A stretch of DNA of 64,000 nt from Prevotella sp. (GTDB taxonomy: Bacteria > Bacteroidota > Bacteroidia > Bacteroidales > Dysgonomonadaceae): NCBI GenBank assembly GCA_031285625.1, contig JAITVV010000081.1, positions 64,001 to 128,000 of the forward strand. The letters are read 5' to 3'. A program made the translations under genes and the position numbers. The stretch's first letter is position 1; each line of letters starts with the position of its first letter. A model generated the notes under the pieces. The model saw only the letters and a list, made by a program, of their open reading frames with translations. It had not been told where the DNA came from and did no database searches. This document shows positions 59,912 to 64,000 of this stretch, one piece after another.

Positions 59912-60562
59912 TTAATCTAAAAGTTGCTTCAGCCCCTCTAAATTCGTAAAATCCGAAATTACACCATATGTATAATCTTTCAGAAAATCAGCAGGGAGCG
60001 TAGTGGATATGCCAATCACACGCATAAAAGCATAAGTAGCAGCTTTAATACCTGTAAACGCATCTTCAAATACAGCACACTCTGCGGATTGGACTCCAAG
60101 ATTTGTTTTGGCAAGTACGTAGCCCATAGGATCGGGTTTACCTTTCTTTATACTATCTGATGTGATAACCGTATCGAATGTATCTGTTAATGACAATTGA
60201 TCCAATACAACCTTTACTTTGCTTGTAGGAGAACTGGTTACCAAACCTATTTTATAACCTTCATCTTTAAGATATTTGATGTACTCAAGAACTCCCGGAA
60301 TAACTATTTTCTTATAATCAATAGCCTGTTCCATTTTAGAACATGCATCCCTTATAGCTTGCTTTTCCTCAAGTGTGGAAATAGTAAAATAAAGTTCTAT
60401 TATAGAATTCAATGTCATTCCTTTAATAACAGATGAAAAATTATTCATTTTCAACTCATTATCCTGTGCTATCTTACTCCAGAATCTGTCATAGTCATGT
60501 TCTGTATCTACAACAACTCCATCTAAACCAAATAATACGGTTGTAATTTTACTTTTTGCCAT
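59912..60562 (-). CDS. HAD family phosphatase (beta-PGM/CbbY-like) with motif I Asp replaced by Gly
   Basis: VLFGLDGVVVDT, VTSS, KGKPDP and VFEDA..GI motifs. Confidence 0.85.
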   Translation of the reverse strand: MAKSKITTVLFGLDGVVVDTEHDYDRFWSKIAQDNELKMNNFSSVIKGMTLNSIIELYFTISTLEEKQAIRDACSKMEQAIDYKKIVIPGVLEYIKYLKDEGYKIGLVTSSPTSKVKVVLDQLSLTDTFDTVITSDSIKKGKPDPMGYVLAKTNLGVQSAECAVFEDAFTGIKAATYAFMRVIGISTTLPADFLKDYTYGVISDFTNLEGLKQLLD

Positions 60563-60670
60563 TTTTTTGCTGTTATCTATTAGCTAATAATAAAGAAACA
60601 AAGTAAGATATTTTTATTGGTATTCAGCCAGTATAAACCTTAAATTTTAGTATTTCCTGTATATAAAAAA

Positions 60671-60696
60671 CGGGAGACATTCTATAAATGCTCCCG
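60671..60696 (-). terminator. Intrinsic terminator
   Basis: CGGGAG...CTCCCG preceded by an A-run. Confidence 0.55.
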
Positions 60697-60723
60697 CTCT
60701 ATGCTTCATAAAAAGAATTGTAA

Positions 60724-61518
60724 TTATTTATATTCTTTTTTGTATTTAGCTTCTAGTTTGTCAGCTCTTTTTCCGCTTTCAGGGTGTGTAGAGAACAATT
60801 GTTTTGCTTTGCTTTTATCAACGCCTGCATCATCCGATAGTTTTTGAATAACACGTAGAGCCGTTACCATTCCCATAGGATCTTTTCCGCTTTTCTTCAA
60901 GAATTCATATCCATAATCATCGGCTGCATATTCAGCTTTTTGAGAGAATTGTGCGCTTGCCAATGCTTCGCCAAGTTCACCTAATTGAGAATCTGTAAGT
61001 GTAGCAGCTGCATCACTTGTAGAAGCTACAGCATCTTTAAGAGCTGAAGTCAATAGCGCTTTCTTAAATGCATCTTTAGAATCTTTGTTAACTATATGTC
61101 CTACTTCGTGCCCTACGATACCAAGTATTTCATCATCTGTCAACAGTTCCATAAGGCCCGCAAAAACACGGATACTTCCATTTGCACATGCAAAAGCATT
61201 CTGATCGATTACATAATAAGCCTGGATATCAAGCTTTACATCAGATGGCATAGTCGATTTAATCTTTTCAAGACGATCTGCTACAGCTTTCATTCCCGGA
61301 TCTGTATCTGTTGTTTTGCATACAGGATTATGAGCATCCATCCAATCGATATACTCCTGACAATAAGCAGCAATCTGATCATCGGTAAGAGTTAATGCTT
61401 TAGCAGTTTTAGTAGCAGCGTCAAGGTGTTTTTTATTGATCTTTAGTCCTCCAAGTTGTGCATTTGCCGTGAAAGAGCAAACTAAAATTAAGGTCAACGC
61501 AGTTAGTAGTTTCTTCAT
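60724..61518 (-). CDS. M48 family metallopeptidase (LoiP-like)
   Basis: NAFACANG, HEVGH, EYAAD and STHP motifs. Confidence 0.92.
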   Translation of the reverse strand: MKKLLTALTLILVCSFTANAQLGGLKINKKHLDAATKTAKALTLTDDQIAAYCQEYIDWMDAHNPVCKTTDTDPGMKAVADRLEKIKSTMPSDVKLDIQAYYVIDQNAFACANGSIRVFAGLMELLTDDEILGIVGHEVGHIVNKDSKDAFKKALLTSALKDAVASTSDAAATLTDSQLGELGEALASAQFSQKAEYAADDYGYEFLKKSGKDPMGMVTALRVIQKLSDDAGVDKSKAKQLFSTHPESGKRADKLEAKYKKEYK

Positions 61519-61548
61519 AAAAATTGATGTTTGGTTAGTATTCTAATA

Positions 61549-61977
61549 TTAACTTTTCTCGAGATGTAATATCGGGTAGCCTTTTCCTTCTCCATCATAT
61601 TCATCACGACTTACTTCTTTGAAGCCAAAATGATAATAGAAATTCAAAGCTTGTGTATTTTGTTCATTCACATCTACCTTTCGTGCATTTAGCTTATTCA
61701 CAGCATAGTCAAGCAATACTTTCCCTATTCCTGTACCCCTGCTTTCATTATCCACAAAAAGCATTTCAATATTATCATCACTAGTACCCAAAAAGGCTTT
61801 TATAACTCCTTTGTCATTCTTATAAACATATAACGAAACATGCTCAAAATAAATAGGTATATGTGATTTATAAAATTCAAAATCTTCGTCTGATAAGAAA
61901 TCATGAGTAGCCTTTACCGCACTCTCCCAGATATCTATCAATACAGGGTAATCTTTTTTGCCAGCTGAACTAATCAT
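61549..61977 (-). CDS. GNAT acetyltransferase (YjaB-like)
   Basis: WESAVKATHDFL, EMLFV..RGTGIG and VNEQN motifs. Confidence 0.92.
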   Translation of the reverse strand: MISSAGKKDYPVLIDIWESAVKATHDFLSDEDFEFYKSHIPIYFEHVSLYVYKNDKGVIKAFLGTSDDNIEMLFVDNESRGTGIGKVLLDYAVNKLNARKVDVNEQNTQALNFYYHFGFKEVSRDEYDGEGKGYPILHLEKS

Positions 61978-62005
61978 TTTGTGTAACTTTTTATATTTTT
62001 AAACT

Positions 62006-62818
62006 TCAGTCAATATCAAGTATATTTCCGTTCTCAAAGGTATTAAAAGATATAATTCTGGAAAAATCTGATACAATTAATTCTTCATCAGAAGACATTA
62101 TATATTTTACAGGTACTTCTCCATAAAATGAAGCCCATTGTGAATAGGAGCTTGGAGGGCCTATAATATATTCACATCTTGATAAGGCATACAGATCTTT
62201 AGCACCTGATGAATCAGGAATTACAAAACAGTCCAAACCTTTAAAATTTTCCGGATTTATTTTCTCATTAGAACATATAAGAAACTTTACTCCGGTTCCT
62301 AATTGCTTTTGCAGAGCATACATTTGATACCGATACTCTTCATCAGTATAATAATATATGCCATCCAACCATTCCTTATAATCTCCTCTACGGATATGAA
62401 CGCCTATAATTATATTATCTTTTTCTGATGAGAATATCTTATCTACCGGACCGGTTATATCAGACTTAAAAGAAAATATACGGCGTAACTCTTCAGCCTG
62501 GTCAACTACCATTTCAGCATTTCCCAAGCGATTTGACCAACCTTCAATAAGATTAAGGTGAAAGAGCTTAGAAAAAATATTTGGCCGTCCATTCTGTATA
62601 TATCCACGGGATTTTATAGAAAGAAAGAATCGCTTAAGATGCTTTTTTGAAGAAAATCTTATAAGTTTATTCTTGTTCAGATTATCAAATACATCCGAAT
62701 ATTCAGTAAAATTTATGACTAAAACCTTTTCTTCATATTGAAGACCATATGCTATAGAAGGTAATAAAGACCATATTCTATTACATAATTGTCCTGGCGA
62801 GTCATAATTTATTATCAT
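62006..62818 (-). CDS. GT11-like (alpha-1,2-fucosyltransferase family) glycosyltransferase
   Basis: GQLCNR, GVHIRRGDY and SSYSQWASF motifs. Confidence 0.75.
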   Translation of the reverse strand: MIINYDSPGQLCNRIWSLLPSIAYGLQYEEKVLVINFTEYSDVFDNLNKNKLIRFSSKKHLKRFFLSIKSRGYIQNGRPNIFSKLFHLNLIEGWSNRLGNAEMVVDQAEELRRIFSFKSDITGPVDKIFSSEKDNIIIGVHIRRGDYKEWLDGIYYYTDEEYRYQMYALQKQLGTGVKFLICSNEKINPENFKGLDCFVIPDSSGAKDLYALSRCEYIIGPPSSYSQWASFYGEVPVKYIMSSDEELIVSDFSRIISFNTFENGNILDID

Positions 62819-62870
62819 ATTAAATAGTGGAAGATGATATGCAAATGTAGATAATTTATAACAGAATCAA

Positions 62871-63974
62871 TTATACATTAAATCTAAAATGCATGATATC
62901 TCCATCCTGTACTATGTATTCTTTGCCTTCTACATTCATTTTTCCGGCTTCTTTTACAGCTGCCTCTGAACCCAGAGAGATAAAATCATTGTACTTAATT
63001 ACTTCTGCACGAATAAATCCTTTCTCAAAATCGGTATGTATCACACCTGCACATTGAGGAGCTTTCCATCCGGCATTGAATGTCCATGCACGTACTTCTT
63101 GAACACCTGCAGTAAAATAAGTTTGTAAACCTAGAAGCTTATATGCAGATTTGATCAAGCGAGCAACACCCGATTCAGTAAGTCCCAACTCTTCAAGAAA
63201 CATCTGGCGTTCTTCATATGACTCAAATTCTGCAATTTCAGATTCTATTTTAGCAGCTACCACTAAAATTTCAGCATCTTCATCTTTTACAGATTCACGA
63301 ACCTGCTCTACATATTTATTACCGGATACAGCACTAGCCTCATCCACATTACATACATAAAGCACAGGTTTATATGTTAATAAGTAAACTTCTTTTGCAA
63401 TTTTTTCATCCTCTTTATTGTCAAATTTAACAGTTCTGGCTGATTTGCCCTGTTCAAGTGCTTCTCTAAACTGTACTAATACATCATAAGCACGCTTTGC
63501 ATCTTTATCACCACCTGTTTTTGCTTGTTTTTCAACCTTTTGAATACGTGATTGTATTGTTTCCAGATCTTTCAATTGAAGCTCTATATCTATAATTTCT
63601 TTATCACGTACCGGATTAACACTACCATCAACATGGGTAATATTATCGTCATCAAAACATCTTAACACATGAAGAATAGCATCTGTTTCACGAATATTAG
63701 CAAGGAATTTATTTCCTAAGCCTTCACCCTTACTGGCACCTTTAACAAGGCCTGCAATATCTACTATTTCAACTGTAGTAGGTACAATACGATTCGGTTT
63801 AACTAATTCTGCAAGTTTATTTAACCTTTCGTCAGGAACAGTTATTACTCCAACATTAGGTTCTATAGTACAAAAAGGAAAGTTCGCCGATTGTGCCTTA
63901 GCGTTTGATAAACAGTTAAAAAGAGTAGACTTTCCTACATTTGGAAGTCCCACAATACCACATTGTAATGCCAT
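62871..63974 (-). CDS. ychF: Redox-regulated ribosome-binding ATPase YchF
   Basis: GLPNVGKST, FPFCTIEPN, DIAGLV and HTDFEKGFIRAEV motifs. Confidence 0.98.
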   Translation of the reverse strand: MALQCGIVGLPNVGKSTLFNCLSNAKAQSANFPFCTIEPNVGVITVPDERLNKLAELVKPNRIVPTTVEIVDIAGLVKGASKGEGLGNKFLANIRETDAILHVLRCFDDDNITHVDGSVNPVRDKEIIDIELQLKDLETIQSRIQKVEKQAKTGGDKDAKRAYDVLVQFREALEQGKSARTVKFDNKEDEKIAKEVYLLTYKPVLYVCNVDEASAVSGNKYVEQVRESVKDEDAEILVVAAKIESEIAEFESYEERQMFLEELGLTESGVARLIKSAYKLLGLQTYFTAGVQEVRAWTFNAGWKAPQCAGVIHTDFEKGFIRAEVIKYNDFISLGSEAAVKEAGKMNVEGKEYIVQDGDIMHFRFNV

Positions 63975-64000
63975 TATTAAAGATATAATTAAATTATTGC

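Overview
Chromosomal window from a Bacteroidales bacterium. Gene content and AT-rich intergenic regions with TAnnTTTG promoter boxes suggest a Dysgonomonas-like organism (inference). In order, it holds: the 3' end of porX, tsaE and an Na/Pi cotransporter; an AT-rich cassette (unannotated 58-aa Cys-rich secreted peptide, two GLPGLI proteins, a TonB-plug-like barrel); a second barrel; an orphan terminase-small-subunit-like HTH gene; a cobalamin-riboswitch-led B12 uptake/biosynthesis cluster with divergent cobB; and many housekeeping genes (argB, rpsO, dacB, cutC, mnmG, apt, uvrC, dtd, polA, ychF). Two parS sites directly after mnmG indicate an origin-proximal region. Several genes are broken: a frameshifted porin, an HdeD-family gene with a nonsense codon, a deoC/thiD deletion fusion, and a HAD lacking its nucleophile. 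The most notable unexplained signals are (i) a structured ~50-bp intergenic element found four times in the same orientation relative to the neighbouring gene, one copy overlapping the stop codon of the orphan HTH gene; (ii) the peptide-GLPGLI-barrel cassette; and (iii) REPIN-like 27-bp inverted repeats around cbiK-btuF. No rRNA, tRNA, CRISPR array, transposase or integrase was seen. All calls come from reading the sequence; no database search was run.
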